The notes under the pieces were generated by a model. That model saw only the letters and a list, made by a program, of their open reading frames with translations, did no database searches and was not told where the DNA came from. Source: Acidimicrobiales bacterium (GTDB lineage Bacteria > Actinomycetota > Acidimicrobiia > Acidimicrobiales > CADCSY01). Taken from it: DNA of 64,000 nucleotides. The stretch lies in assembly GCA_035942035.1 (NCBI GenBank), contig DASZDK010000063.1:3823-67822 (forward strand), read 5' to 3'. A program made the translations under genes and the position numbers. The stretch's first letter is position 1; the number at the start of each line of letters is the position of its first letter. Shown here piece by piece: positions 28,227-38,339 of the stretch.

Positions 28227-28880
28227 TCACTGCTCCTTTTGTTCCTCGTTGGCCCCGACCGGAGCACCTTCGCCCGCTTCGGGGGACGCACCGTTGCCGG
28301 CCGTCCGGCGCTCCTCGGCGGCGGCCTTCTTGCGGGCCGCCTCCGCCGCTGCCTGCACCCGCTTGTCAGGGGCGAGGACCATGGTCATGTTCCGGCCGTC
28401 GAGCTTGGGAGCCGCCTCCACCTTGGCCAGGTGGTTGTTGTGCTCGGCCACCCGGTCGAGGATGCGCATGCCCAACTCGGGGTGATGGACCTCCCGGCCC
28501 CGGAACATGATCGTGATCTTCACCTTGTGACCCTCTTCCAAGAACTTCTGGACCTTTAGGGTCTTGGTGTCGAAGTCCCCCTTGCCGATCTTCACCCGGT
28601 ACTTCATCTCCTTGATGGAGACCTGGGTGGTCTTTCGGCGTGACTCCTTGGCCTTCTGCGCCGCCTCGTACTTGTACTTGCCGTAGTCCATGATCCGGCA
28701 CACCGGCGGCGACGCCTGTGGTGCCACCTCGACCAGGTCGAGGTCGAGGTCGCGGGCAATGGTCAGGGCTTCCGGCAGGGGTTTGATCCCCACCTGATCA
28801 CCGTCGGCCGACACGAGACGAACCTCCCGTGCCCGGATGCGATCGTTGATACGAAGCTCGTTGCTCTCCGCTGCGGCTAT
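28227..28880 (-). CDS. infC: Translation initiation factor IF-3, with a non-canonical ATA start
   Basis: The conserved RINDRIRAREVRLV lies upstream of the first GTG. An in-frame TGA sits at 28889..28887. AGGAG lies 9 nt before ATA 28880. Confidence 0.9.
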   Translation of the reverse strand: MAAAESNELRINDRIRAREVRLVSADGDQVGIKPLPEALTIARDLDLDLVEVAPQASPPVCRIMDYGKYKYEAAQKAKESRRKTTQVSIKEMKYRVKIGKGDFDTKTLKVQKFLEEGHKVKITIMFRGREVHHPELGMRILDRVAEHNNHLAKVEAAPKLDGRNMTMVLAPDKRVQAAAEAARKKAAAEERRTAGNGASPEAGEGAPVGANEEQKEQ

Positions 28881-29096
28881 CGGGCATCACTCCTGGCGTA
28901 GATCGGGCTCGCCGGAGGACGACGCCGGCGGGCGTCCCGGGAAGCGGACACCCGCCCACGGGAGCTCCGGCCGGAGGCCGGGTCCCGCTGGTGAGCGGCG
29001 TACGACCCGACGCACCCAGTAGGACGGTGGCCGGGTGGGGCGGTCCGGTGTGGACGAACCCGCTTCTCGAGTCGGTTGTGGCGTTAGGGTACCAGC

Positions 29097-29555
29097 ATGA
29101 GCTCCCTCTGGACACCGGGCGGCGAGCGCCCCGTGCAACGCGAGCCCGACGGGCCGTCTTCACCCCGCTCGTCTGCGCCTCCCGGCGGTGGCGCCAGCTC
29201 TGGGTCGCCCGAGCCCGACCTGAGCGCCGAGGAGCGGGCCCAGCTCGAGAACGAGCTGGCAGCCATGCAGGAGCAGGTCGCCAGCACGCCGGCAGCGGTG
29301 GTCGTGGCCAACCACGCCGTGGGCCTGTTCCAGCTGGCGGCCATCCACCTCAATCGCCAGCCGCCCAACCTCGGCGAGGGCCGCATCGCCATCGACGCCA
29401 TGGCGGCGCTCGTCGAGGGTATGGAAGGGCGCCTGGGCGACGAGGAGCAGGCGCTGCGCGACGGCCTGCGCCAGCTGCAGATGGCGTTCGTGCAGCTGAG
29501 CGGCAGCGGCCGAAGTGCCGGTGAGGATGCGGACGAGGGCGGGCCCTCGGCCTGA
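29097..29555 (+). CDS. DUF1844 domain-containing protein
   Basis: VVVANHAVGLFQLAAIHL....P.L.EGRIAIDAMAALVEG. Divergent from infC, as in other actinobacteria. Confidence 0.8.
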   Translation: MSSLWTPGGERPVQREPDGPSSPRSSAPPGGGASSGSPEPDLSAEERAQLENELAAMQEQVASTPAAVVVANHAVGLFQLAAIHLNRQPPNLGEGRIAIDAMAALVEGMEGRLGDEEQALRDGLRQLQMAFVQLSGSGRSAGEDADEGGPSA

Positions 29556-29604
29556 GGCCGGCGTCGCTCGTTTGACGACTCCGGTCGACGGGTAGCCGCC
29601 CGCC

Positions 29605-29838
29605 ATGCCCAACCCCCAGCAACCGGAGCTCTCCCGGAGCCGCCGCACGCCGCTCGATCCCGACAGCATCGGTAGCGATCTGGAGGCCGGCTCCACACCG
29701 GTGGAGGACGAGGCCACCGCGCCGGTTCCTCCTGAGAACCAGCCCGGCCACCACCCCGAGCACGACCAGGACAAGCCCGATGCCGAGGAGTTCCTGGCCC
29801 GGGCCCGGGAGGGTGCGTCCCCGGAGCGCGACGACTGA
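29605..29838 (+). CDS. Small hypothetical Pro/acidic-rich protein
   Basis: 77-codon ORF with high GC3. No family recognised. Confidence 0.4.
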   Translation: MPNPQQPELSRSRRTPLDPDSIGSDLEAGSTPVEDEATAPVPPENQPGHHPEHDQDKPDAEEFLARAREGASPERDD

Positions 29839-29952
29839 CTCCGCCGGCTGAGGCGCGGCCCCGGGCCCCGGGGCACAGCCGGTGCTGATGCCACCGCGGA
29901 TCGTGCCTGAACCGGTAACGTTCTCCCGCCGCTGACCAGCGAGGGAGTGTGG

Positions 29953-30696
29953 ATGGCCGAGTCCCCGGTCGTGGTCCTCGAGAAGGTCAACAAGTGGTTC
30001 GGCGACCTCCACGTCCTGCGTGACATCGACCTGTCGGTGGACGCGGGGGAGGTGGTCGTGGTGGTGGGACCGTCGGGGTCGGGCAAGTCGACGCTGTGCC
30101 GGTGCATCAACCGGCTCGAGCCCATCGACAGCGGCACCATCCTCGTCGACGGCGCCCCCCTCCCCGAGGAGGGCAAGGAGCTCGCCCGCCTCCGGGCCAA
30201 GGTGGGCATGGTCTTCCAGTCGTTCAATCTCTTCGCCCACAAGACGGTCCTTCAGAACGTGACCCTGGGGCCGGTGAAGGCCCTCGGCCAACCACGGGTG
30301 GCGGCCCGGGAGCGGGCCATGGAGCTGCTCGAGCGCGTCGGCATCGCCGAGAAGGCCGACCGCTACCCCGCCGAGCTCTCGGGCGGCCAGCAGCAGCGCG
30401 CCGCCATCGCCCGGGCCCTGGCCATGGGCCCCAAGGTCATGCTCTTCGACGAGCCCACCTCGGCGCTCGACCCGGAGATGATCAAGGAGGTGCTCGACGT
30501 GATGGTCGAGCTGGCCGAGGAGGGCACGACCATGATCGTGGTGTCCCACGAGATGGGCTTCGCCCGTTCGGCCGCCCAGCGGGTGGTGTTCATGGACGGC
30601 GGGCGCATCGTCGAGGTGGCGCCCCCCGAACGCTTCTTCAGCGAGCCGGAGAGCGAGCGGGCCCGTGACTTCCTGTCCAAGATCCTGGCTCACTGA
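29953..30696 (+). CDS. gluA: Polar amino-acid (glutamate-type) ABC transporter ATP-binding protein
   Basis: GPSGSGKST, LSGGQQQRAAIARAL, MLFDEPTSALD. GAGGGAG Shine-Dalgarno before ATG 29953. Confidence 0.93.
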   Translation: MAESPVVVLEKVNKWFGDLHVLRDIDLSVDAGEVVVVVGPSGSGKSTLCRCINRLEPIDSGTILVDGAPLPEEGKELARLRAKVGMVFQSFNLFAHKTVLQNVTLGPVKALGQPRVAARERAMELLERVGIAEKADRYPAELSGGQQQRAAIARALAMGPKVMLFDEPTSALDPEMIKEVLDVMVELAEEGTTMIVVSHEMGFARSAAQRVVFMDGGRIVEVAPPERFFSEPESERARDFLSKILAH

Positions 30697-30718
30697 GCCC
30701 GACTGCAAGGAGAGACAC

Positions 30719-31624
30719 ATGCACCACACTCGACCTCGCTGGTTGATCGGCCTGCTCTTGGGCCTGGCCATGGTGGCCACCGCCTGTGGCGGTGGAAACG
30801 GCGGCACCGACACCAGCCAAGGCTCCGACACCACCCAGGGCGGCAACAACGAGGAGACGATCGAGCACCCGCCGGGCTCGACCATGGCCGAGATCCAGGA
30901 CCGGGGCACCATCACGGTCGGGACCAAGTTCGACCAGCCGCTGTTCGGGCTCAAGCGAGCGACCACCGGCGAGGTCGAGGGCTTCGACGTGGAGATCGCC
31001 AAGCTCATCGCCGAGGCCATCGACCCCGATCTCGAGACCGAGTTCGTGGAGACGCCCTCGGCCGTGCGCGAGGACGTGCTCGTCAACGGCGACGTCGACA
31101 TGGTGGTGGCGACCTACACGATCAACGACAAGCGCAAGGAGCGGGTGGGCTTCGCCGGTCCTTACTACGTGGCCGGACAGGACATCATGGTCATGGCCGG
31201 CAATCCCGAGGACATCCAGGGCGTCGACGACCTGAACGGCAAGCGGGTCTGCTCGGTGCAGGGATCGACCTCGATCGAGAACGTCCGCGAGATGGCCCCC
31301 GAGGCAGAGGTCACCGAGTTCGGCACCTACAGCCAGTGTGCCGACGCCATGAGCGACGGCAGGGTCGACGCGGTCAGCACCGACAACGTCATCCTGCTCG
31401 GGCTCATCGAGGAGAGTGGCGGCGAGTTCGAGCTGGTGGGCAATCCGTTCACCACCGAGCCGTACGGCATCGGCGTCCCCAAGGACGACGACGAGTTCCG
31501 CGCCTTCATCAACGACCGCCTCGAGGAGATCTACGAGAATGGGGAGTGGGCCGAGGCCTACGAGCGCACGGTCGGCGTGGTCGACGAGAAGACCCCGGAG
31601 CCTCCGGAGGTCGACCGCTACTGA
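30719..31624 (+). CDS. gluB: Amino-acid ABC transporter substrate-binding lipoprotein
   Basis: AAGGAGA Shine-Dalgarno, a lipobox-like LAMVATAC, and a family-3 solute-binding-protein core. Confidence 0.9.
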   Translation: MHHTRPRWLIGLLLGLAMVATACGGGNGGTDTSQGSDTTQGGNNEETIEHPPGSTMAEIQDRGTITVGTKFDQPLFGLKRATTGEVEGFDVEIAKLIAEAIDPDLETEFVETPSAVREDVLVNGDVDMVVATYTINDKRKERVGFAGPYYVAGQDIMVMAGNPEDIQGVDDLNGKRVCSVQGSTSIENVREMAPEAEVTEFGTYSQCADAMSDGRVDAVSTDNVILLGLIEESGGEFELVGNPFTTEPYGIGVPKDDDEFRAFINDRLEEIYENGEWAEAYERTVGVVDEKTPEPPEVDRY

Positions 31625-31704
31625 TCGTGCCCTGGTCCGCCAGGGGCCTACGGGGGACGGAGGCCCACCTCCGCCCCCCGGCCCCCCAGCCGAGGTAGGC
31701 CGCG

Positions 31705-32349
31705 CTGGACGTCATCCTCGACAACCTGGGCCGCTTCGGCACGGGGATCCGCACCACCGTCACCCTGACCCTGCTGTCGTGGACGGCGGCGTTCGCCATC
31801 GGCCTGGTCGTGGCCTCGTTCCGGGTGGGCCCCATCGCACCGCTGCGGGCGGCGGCCACCACCTACGTGGAGCTGGTGCGCAACTGCCCCCTGGCGGTGC
31901 TGTTCGTGTTCTTCTTCTTCGGGCTGCCCAAGGTCATGGGCGTCTACCCGGCCTACACCACGGCAGTGATCGTGCTGGCGCTCTACACCGGCACCTACGT
32001 CACCGAGACCATCCGCTCCGGCATCAACTCGGTTGCCGGCGGCCAGGCCGAGGCTGCCCGCTCGCTGGGGCTGACCTTCCCCCAGCTCCTGGCCTACGTG
32101 GTCCTCCCCCAGGCGCTGCGGACCGTGGTGGCCCCCCTCGGCAACCTGTTCATCGCCCTCACCAAGAACTCCTCCATCGCCTTCACCATCTCGGTGGGCG
32201 AGCTCACCGGGACCGCCCAGCGGGTGGGCAACGCCACCGACAACTACCACGCCGCCTTCCTGGCGGCCGCCGTCGGCTACCTGCTGCTGACCATCCCTTC
32301 GGGCCTGGTCTTCGGGGCCATCGAGCGGCGGGTGGCGGTGAAGCGGTGA
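31705..32349 (+). CDS. gluC: Amino-acid ABC transporter permease (N-terminus precedes any canonical start; CTG 31705 proposed)
   Basis: The permease TM1 region (LDVILDNLGRFGTGIRTTVTLTLLSW) lies between the in-frame TAG at 31696 and the first GTG at 31810. GAGG lies 9 nt upstream of the CTG. Confidence 0.8.
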   Translation: MDVILDNLGRFGTGIRTTVTLTLLSWTAAFAIGLVVASFRVGPIAPLRAAATTYVELVRNCPLAVLFVFFFFGLPKVMGVYPAYTTAVIVLALYTGTYVTETIRSGINSVAGGQAEAARSLGLTFPQLLAYVVLPQALRTVVAPLGNLFIALTKNSSIAFTISVGELTGTAQRVGNATDNYHAAFLAAAVGYLLLTIPSGLVFGAIERRVAVKR

Positions 32350-33260
32350 CCCGCCGGCGCACCGCCACGACGGCGCTGCTGGGGGACGAGCTGGGGCCGC
32401 GCGGGCGGCGGCGGGTCCTCATCGGCTCGGTGGTGTCGGGGGCGCTGCTGGCCGTGATCGTCGTCGTGGCCCTCCGGCGGCTTGGGTCACGGGGCCAGCT
32501 CGACGCCGATCTGTGGCGGCCGCTGGCCGACCTGAGGGTCATGCGCTTCTTCCTCGTCGGTGCCCTCAACACGGGCAAAGCGGCGTCGGCGGCCATGATC
32601 GGCGCCGTCGCCCTGGGCATGGTGCTGGCCCTGGGGCGCCTGGCCCGCGCCGCTCCACTGCGCTGGCTGGCCGGCACCTGGGTCGAGTTCTTCCGGGGCT
32701 TCCCGCTGCTGTTGCTGCTGCTGTTCCTGGCCTTCGGCCTGCCCCGCTACGGCATCAAGCTGCCCCTGCTGTGGACCCTGGTGCTGGCGTTGACGCTCTA
32801 CAACGGCGCCGTGCTGGGCGAGATCTTCCGGGCTGGCATCCTGTCGCTCGACCGGGGCCAGACCGAGGCCGCCTACGCCGTCGGGCTCGGGTACTGGCGG
32901 GCCATGGGCTCGGTCATCGTGCCCCAGGCCTTCCGGCGGATGGTGCCGGCCATCGTCAGCCAGCTCATCACCCTGCTCAAGGACACGTCGCTCGGCTTCT
33001 TCGTCCAGTACGAAGAGCTCCTCCGTCGGGGTCAGCTGGCCGGCCAGGACTTCCGCAACCTCCTCCAGTCGCTGTTCGTCGTGGCCGCCATGTACGTCGC
33101 CGCGAACTTCGTGCTCAGCCGGTTGGCTCGGCGCCTCGAGGTCCGCCAGCGCCGGCGTTACCGGGCCGGCGGCATCGAGGTCACGGGCGGGCCCGAGGAC
33201 CTGGTCATGGTCGATTCCTCGACGCCGGCCCCCGCTCGGGCCGCGCCGGTCAGCAGCTGA
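32346..33260 (+). CDS. gluD: Amino-acid ABC transporter permease
   Basis: GTGA overlap with gluC. EAA-loop region GQTEAAYAVGL....M..VI.PQA. Confidence 0.88.
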   Translation: MTRRRTATTALLGDELGPRGRRRVLIGSVVSGALLAVIVVVALRRLGSRGQLDADLWRPLADLRVMRFFLVGALNTGKAASAAMIGAVALGMVLALGRLARAAPLRWLAGTWVEFFRGFPLLLLLLFLAFGLPRYGIKLPLLWTLVLALTLYNGAVLGEIFRAGILSLDRGQTEAAYAVGLGYWRAMGSVIVPQAFRRMVPAIVSQLITLLKDTSLGFFVQYEELLRRGQLAGQDFRNLLQSLFVVAAMYVAANFVLSRLARRLEVRQRRRYRAGGIEVTGGPEDLVMVDSSTPAPARAAPVSS

Positions 33261-33285
33261 GGACCCGGAGCGCGCCGTCGGCCAC

Positions 33286-33495
33286 TCAGTCGGCGGTGAG
33301 GGGCTCGAGGGCAGTGGCCTCCCATTGCCCGAGGTGGCCGGGCACCCGGCGGTAGGTCACCGGCGTGCCGGCAGCGATGCGGCGGCTGCCGTCGGCCACC
33401 GCGGTGCAGTGGAAGAACAGCGCCTCGCCGTCGTCGCCCCGCACGGTGCCCCAGCCCCGGGCGTCGTCGAAGGCCGCCACCCGGCCGCGAGTCAA
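33286..33495 (-). CDS. Small cold-shock-domain-like protein
   Basis: TTG start overlaps the hisG stop. GRVAAFDDARGWGTVRGDDGEALFFHCTAV. Confidence 0.65.
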   Translation of the reverse strand: MTRGRVAAFDDARGWGTVRGDDGEALFFHCTAVADGSRRIAAGTPVTYRRVPGHLGQWEATALEPLTAD

Positions 33496-34367
33496 TGGAC
33501 GATCTTCGACAGCGGGACCTCGATGATGTCGCTGGCGCCGGCGTCGGAGAGAGCGGGGATGAGGATGTTGATGTCGGTCTTGGGCACGACGGTCTCGACC
33601 GCGTAGCCGCCGGCACCGAAGAGCTTGGAGACCGTGGGCGCCTTCATGGCCGGCAGCATGGCGATGACCGCCTCCAGGTCCTCCTCGCCCACGTTGAGCT
33701 TGACCAGCACCTTTCCCCGCGCCTCGAGCGCGCCCTGCAGAAGGGTGTGGAGCTGCTCCATGGCGTGGCGCTTTGCCGGGTCGGCGTAGGCGTCGGCGTT
33801 GGCGATGAGCTCGGTGAACGACACCAGGATGGTGTCGAGGATCCGCAGCTTTGCCGCCCGCAGCGCCCGGCCGGTCTCGGTGATCTCCACCACGGCGTCG
33901 GCGACGTCGGGGATCTTGGCCTCGGTGGCCCCGTGGGACAGGCGCACCCGGGCGTCCACCCCGTGCTCGGCCAGGAACCGCCGGGTCAGCTGCGGGTACT
34001 CCGTCGACACCCGCACGCCGGCCGGGAGGTCGCCGACCTTGCGCCACGGCGAGTCGTCGGCCACGGCCAGCACCACCTTGATCGGACGGGCGGTGGCCTT
34101 GGAGTAGTGGAGCTCACCCAGCGACACCACCTCGCTGGAGGTCTCCTCGATCCAGTCGCGACCGGTGATGCCGAGGTCGTAGAGCCCCTCGGCCACGTAG
34201 CTGGGGATCTCCTGGGGCCGCAAGATGCGCACGTCGACGACCCGGGGGTCGGCGATGATCGCCTTGTAGTCCACCGTCGAGCTGCGGGCCACGGCCAGGT
34301 CGGCGGCCTCGAACAGCTCGAGGGTGGCCCGTTCGAGAGAACCCTTGGGCAACACCAGGCGCAGCAT
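33492..34367 (-). CDS. hisG: ATP phosphoribosyltransferase (long form)
   Basis: [11 protein letters not shown]...DLGITGRDW...; ATGA overlap with ribH. Confidence 0.95.
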   Translation of the reverse strand: MLRLVLPKGSLERATLELFEAADLAVARSSTVDYKAIIADPRVVDVRILRPQEIPSYVAEGLYDLGITGRDWIEETSSEVVSLGELHYSKATARPIKVVLAVADDSPWRKVGDLPAGVRVSTEYPQLTRRFLAEHGVDARVRLSHGATEAKIPDVADAVVEITETGRALRAAKLRILDTILVSFTELIANADAYADPAKRHAMEQLHTLLQGALEARGKVLVKLNVGEEDLEAVIAMLPAMKAPTVSKLFGAGGYAVETVVPKTDINILIPALSDAGASDIIEVPLSKIVH

Positions 34368-34843
34368 CAGGGGCGCCGCTTGGGCAGCTGGCGCAGCAGG
34401 TCGGCCATCTCCAGGGCGGTCTCGGCCGCCTCGTAGCCCTTGCTGCCGGCCTTGCCCCCGGCCCGTTCGAGGGCCTGCTCGACGCTGTCGGTAGTGAGCA
34501 CGCCGAAGGCGACGGGCACGCCGGTGTCGAGCCCAGCCCGCTGCAGGCCGCCGGCGCACTCGCCAGCCACGTGCTCGTAGTGGCCAGTGGCCCCCCGGAT
34601 GACCGCCCCCAGGGCGATCACCGCGTCGAACTCCCCCGAGGCGGCCAGGCGCTGAGCCACCAGCGGCAGCTCGAAGGCGCCTGGCGCCCACGCCACGGTG
34701 ATGGAGCCAGCGTCGACGCCGTGGCGCTGGAGACCGTCCCGGGCGCCGGCGAGCAGGCGCTCGGTGATCAGGTCGTTGAAGCGGGCGCAGGCGATGGCGA
34801 CCCGCAGCCCCTCACCCTGCAGCTGCCCGGCGTAGGTGGTCAC
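34367..34843 (-). CDS. ribH: 6,7-dimethyl-8-ribityllumazine synthase
   Basis: [18 protein letters not shown]...[11 protein letters not shown]...[14 protein letters not shown]. Confidence 0.95.
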   Translation of the reverse strand: MTTYAGQLQGEGLRVAIACARFNDLITERLLAGARDGLQRHGVDAGSITVAWAPGAFELPLVAQRLAASGEFDAVIALGAVIRGATGHYEHVAGECAGGLQRAGLDTGVPVAFGVLTTDSVEQALERAGGKAGSKGYEAAETALEMADLLRQLPKRRP

Positions 34844-36069
34844 TCGAGCCCCTCGAGCAGGTGGCCCATCCGCTGCTGCTTGGTGCGCAGGTAACGGATG
34901 TTCTCGGGGTTGGGCACGGACTGCAGCGGCACTCGCTCCACGATGTGGAGACCGTACCCGTCGAGACCGCCGTACTTGGCCGGATTGTTGGTGAGCAGCC
35001 GCATGGTGGTGACCCCGAGGTCGACCAGGATCTGTGCGCCGATGCCGTACTTGCGGCTGTCGACGGGCAGGCCCAGCTCGAGGTTGGCGTCGACGGTGTC
35101 GTGCCCCTCGTCCTGGAGGTTGTAGGCCCGCAGCTTGTGGGCGATGCCGATGCCCCGGCCCTCGTGGCCCCGGAGGTAGACGATCACGCCCAGGCCTTCG
35201 GCGGCGATGCGGCGGATGCCCTCCTGCAACTGCACTCGGCAGTCGCAGCGCATCGAACCCAGGGCGTCGCCGGTGAGGCACTCGGAGTGGACCCGCACCA
35301 GCACGTCGTCCTCGCCCTGGACGGCGCCCTTGACCAGAGCCACGTGCTGCTCGCCGTCGAGGAGCGACTCGTAGACGTAACAGGTGAAGTCGCCCCACTC
35401 CGTGGGGATACGGGCGTCGGCCACCCGCTTCACCAGCTTCTCCCGCTGGCGGCGGTGACGGATGAGGTCGGCGATGGTGATGATGAGCAGCCCGTGGCGG
35501 GCGGCGAGCTCTTCGAGCTCGGGGAGGCGGGCCATGGCGCTCTTGTCCTCCGTGACCACCTCGCTGAGCACGCCGGCGGGGTACAGGCCGGCCATGCGGG
35601 CCAGGTCGACGGCCGCTTCGGTGTGCCCGGCGCGGTTGAGCACCCCGCCGGCCCGGGCCCGCAGCGGGTACATGTGGCCGGGGCGGGCCAGGTCGGCGGG
35701 CTTGGTTGCCGGATCGATGAGGGCGGCGATGGTGGCCGCCCGGTCGCCGGCGGAGATGCCCGTGGTCGTCCCGTGGCGGTGGTCGACCGAGACGGTGAAC
35801 GCCGTGCGCTGGCTCTCGGTGTTGTCGACGACCATGGGCGGCAGCTCCAGCTCGTCGAGTCGCTCGCCGGTCATGGGCATGCAGATGACACCCGAGGTGT
35901 GGCTCAGAAAGAAGGCGATCTTCTCGGCGGTGGCGTGCTCGGCCGCCATGACGAGGTCGCCCTCGTTCTCCCGGTCCTCGTCGTCGACGACGATGACGAT
36001 CTCGCCCCGCCCGATGGCCTCGATGGCGTCGTCGACGGAGCCCAGGGCGGCGTTGCGCGGCGAGGTCAC
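34840..36069 (-). CDS. ribBA: Bifunctional 3,4-dihydroxy-2-butanone-4-phosphate synthase / GTP cyclohydrolase II
   Basis: [16 protein letters not shown] in the DHBP synthase part, and [14 protein letters not shown] in the GCH II part. Confidence 0.95.
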   Translation of the reverse strand: MTSPRNAALGSVDDAIEAIGRGEIVIVVDDEDRENEGDLVMAAEHATAEKIAFFLSHTSGVICMPMTGERLDELELPPMVVDNTESQRTAFTVSVDHRHGTTTGISAGDRAATIAALIDPATKPADLARPGHMYPLRARAGGVLNRAGHTEAAVDLARMAGLYPAGVLSEVVTEDKSAMARLPELEELAARHGLLIITIADLIRHRRQREKLVKRVADARIPTEWGDFTCYVYESLLDGEQHVALVKGAVQGEDDVLVRVHSECLTGDALGSMRCDCRVQLQEGIRRIAAEGLGVIVYLRGHEGRGIGIAHKLRAYNLQDEGHDTVDANLELGLPVDSRKYGIGAQILVDLGVTTMRLLTNNPAKYGGLDGYGLHIVERVPLQSVPNPENIRYLRTKQQRMGHLLEGLE

Positions 36070-36644
36070 GAGCGGGCCTCCATGCCGGCGGCCATGAGCC
36101 GCTCGACGTACTTGGCCACCACGTCGAACTCGAGGTTGACCCGGTCGCCAGCCCTCCTGCGCCCGAGTGTGGTCACCTCGGCGGTGTGCGGCACCACGGC
36201 GACGGTGAAGTCGTCACCGCCGGCCTCGACCACGGTGAGGCTCACGCCGTCGACGGCCACCGCGCCCTTGGGCACGAGGTAACGGGCGAGGTCGCCGGAC
36301 ACCCCGACGCGCAGGTCGGGAGCAGGGCGCAGCACCTGGCCCACGGCATCGACGTGGCCCTGCACGAGGTGGCCGCCCAACCGGTCGGCCAGCCGCAACG
36401 GGCGCTCGAGATTGACCGGCTCGCCGATTGGCCGGCCGCCCAGCGTCGTGCAGCTGAGCGTCTCGTCGCTGAGGTCGGCCTCCCACCAGCCGTCGCCCAG
36501 CTCGACGGCGGTGAGGCAGCAGCCGTCGACGGCCACGGAACTGCCCACCGTGGTGCCTTCCAGCACCCGGGTGGCGGCGATGCGCAGGCGTCCGCCGCGC
36601 CGCCCGGCGACCGTGCCCACCTCTTCGACCAGGCCCGTGAACAC
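36066..36644 (-). CDS. ribE: Riboflavin synthase
   Basis: (M)[23 protein letters not shown]... followed by a second lumazine-binding repeat. GTG start at 36644. Confidence 0.93.
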   Translation of the reverse strand: MFTGLVEEVGTVAGRRGGRLRIAATRVLEGTTVGSSVAVDGCCLTAVELGDGWWEADLSDETLSCTTLGGRPIGEPVNLERPLRLADRLGGHLVQGHVDAVGQVLRPAPDLRVGVSGDLARYLVPKGAVAVDGVSLTVVEAGGDDFTVAVVPHTAEVTTLGRRRAGDRVNLEFDVVAKYVERLMAAGMEARS

Positions 36645-36646
36645 CG

Positions 36647-37675
36647 CTACACCACCTGGAAGTGGGCGCTGGACGGGGCGCCGGCCGGGGAGGGCGCCGG
36701 GGCCGGCGCCAGGTCGATGCGCACGTCGTCGCCCAGCCGGTCGACGGCGACGACCCGGCCCTGCCACGCCTCGGCCAGCGTGGGGGCAGCAGGTCCGGCG
36801 AACAGGCCGCGAGCGTCCTCGCCCCCGAACAGGCGCGGGGCCAGGTAGAGCACGTAGCGGTCGACCAGCCCGGCCCGGTGGAAGGCACCGGCCACGGTGG
36901 CGCCCCCCTCGACCAGCACCTGGACCACCCCGCGCCGGCCCAGCTCGTCGAGCACCGTGGCCAGGTCGCCGGAGCGTTCGAGCGCCGGCCGCACCCGGGC
37001 GTGGGGAGGAATGCGGCCCAGCACCACCCGCAGCGGGTCCGGCCCCTCGGCCAGGCGGACGGTGAGCGCCGGGTCGTCGGCCCGGACCGTGCCGGCGCCG
37101 ACGATGACGGCGTCGCTCTCGGCCCGCAGCCGGTGGGCGTCGACGCGGGCCTCGGTGCCGGTGAGCCACTGGGACGAGCCGTCGGGGGCAGCGGTGCGGC
37201 CGTCGGCCGACGCCGCCAGCTTCAGCACCACCCACGGCCGCCCGGTGGTGCGGTGCTTGCGGTAGGGGGCCAGCTGCTCGGCGACCATGGCACGGCCCAC
37301 GCCGGTGAGCACTTCCACGCCGGCCCGGCGCAGGCGCTCCAGCCCCCGGCCGGCGACGCGGGCGTCGGGGTCGGCCAGGGCCACCACGACCCGCCGCACG
37401 CCGGCGGCGATCACGGCGTCGGCGCACGGCGGAGTCCGCCCGTGGTGGGAACACGGCTCGAGGGTGCACCACAGGGTGGCACCCCGGGCGGCGTCGCCGG
37501 CGGCGGCCAGGGCGGCGGCCTCGGCGTGCGGGCCGCCCGGCGGAGCGGTGGCTCCTTCGAACACCCGGCCGTCGGCGCTCTCGAGCACCGCCCCCACCCA
37601 GGGGTTGGGGGCGGTCACGGCACGGACGCCGGCGGCCAGGGCCACCGCCCGGCACATCGCCCGCTCGTCGTCCAC
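36647..37675 (-). CDS. ribD: Bifunctional riboflavin-biosynthesis deaminase/reductase
   Basis: Deaminase motif HAEAAAL..TLEPCSHHGRTPPC plus a reductase domain. Confidence 0.95.
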   Translation of the reverse strand: MDDERAMCRAVALAAGVRAVTAPNPWVGAVLESADGRVFEGATAPPGGPHAEAAALAAAGDAARGATLWCTLEPCSHHGRTPPCADAVIAAGVRRVVVALADPDARVAGRGLERLRRAGVEVLTGVGRAMVAEQLAPYRKHRTTGRPWVVLKLAASADGRTAAPDGSSQWLTGTEARVDAHRLRAESDAVIVGAGTVRADDPALTVRLAEGPDPLRVVLGRIPPHARVRPALERSGDLATVLDELGRRGVVQVLVEGGATVAGAFHRAGLVDRYVLYLAPRLFGGEDARGLFAGPAAPTLAEAWQGRVVAVDRLGDDVRIDLAPAPAPSPAGAPSSAHFQVV

Positions 37676-37738
37676 CGGGCCAGCTTACGAGAGCGCCGGC
37701 ACGGTGGCCGAGTACGGGCAGCGGCCGTGGGGGCGCCC

Positions 37739-38266
37739 TCAGTGCTCCCGGTGGCCGGCGAGGAGGCGCAGGGCATGGGGAAGGACGTCGAGCACCGCCT
37801 CCAGGCACTCGACGGCGCCGGCGGTGGAGCCGGGAACATTGAGCACCAGGGCCCGCTCCACCGTGCCGGCCAGCGCCCGGGAGAGACGGCCCAGCGGGTT
37901 GGCCAGGCGCATGGCCTCGGCCAGGCCCGGGGCCTCTCGCTCCACCACCGCCCGGGTGCCCTCGGGGGTCAGGTCCCTCGGTCCGAAGCCGGTGCCGCCG
38001 GTGGTCACCACCAGCCCGGCGAAGCCCGAGCACAGCCGGCGCACGGCGGCGGCGACCGCCTCGGTGCCGTCGGGCGCCACCTGATGGTCGACGACCTGGA
38101 AGCCGGCGTGGCCCAGGCGCTCGACCAAAGCGACGCCGGAGCGGTCCTGCCTCGTGCCCGCCACCACCCCGTCGGACACGGTGAGCACCTTGGCTTCCAG
38201 TGGCTGCTCGCCCTCCCCAGCTTGGCCCACCCCGAGCTCCCGTCTCCTCGCCGGCGATGGGACCAT
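37739..38266 (-). CDS. mog: MogA/MoaB family molybdenum cofactor biosynthesis protein
   Basis: VLTVSDG....R.DRSG...VVTTGGTGFGPRD.TPE motif set. Start uncertain. Confidence 0.82.
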   Translation of the reverse strand: MVPSPARRRELGVGQAGEGEQPLEAKVLTVSDGVVAGTRQDRSGVALVERLGHAGFQVVDHQVAPDGTEAVAAAVRRLCSGFAGLVVTTGGTGFGPRDLTPEGTRAVVEREAPGLAEAMRLANPLGRLSRALAGTVERALVLNVPGSTAGAVECLEAVLDVLPHALRLLAGHREH

Positions 38267-38339
38267 CTTGTCGCCCTCTCCGCTCTGGCGGTGAAAACGG
38301 TGCGGAACCCGTACCGATGTCGCCGCCAGGAGGGAGGGT

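Noticed and set aside
31416-33260. 614-aa plus-strand ORF spanning gluB, gluC and gluD
   Set aside because: Only its last 304 codons (from GTG 32346) read as a permease (gluD). The upstream part is an Arg/Pro-rich out-of-frame shadow over gluB and gluC.
37676-37738. Expected FMN (RFN) riboswitch upstream of ribD
   Set aside because: Only about 63 nt separate ribD from mog, and I could not find the conserved RFN core segments there. The rib genes appear to be co-transcribed with upstream genes.
36066-38033. 655-aa minus-strand ORF
   Set aside because: Only the C-terminal 192 residues (from GTG 36644) are riboflavin synthase. The rest is an Arg/Gly/Pro-rich alternative frame over ribD and mog, a typical high-GC artefact.
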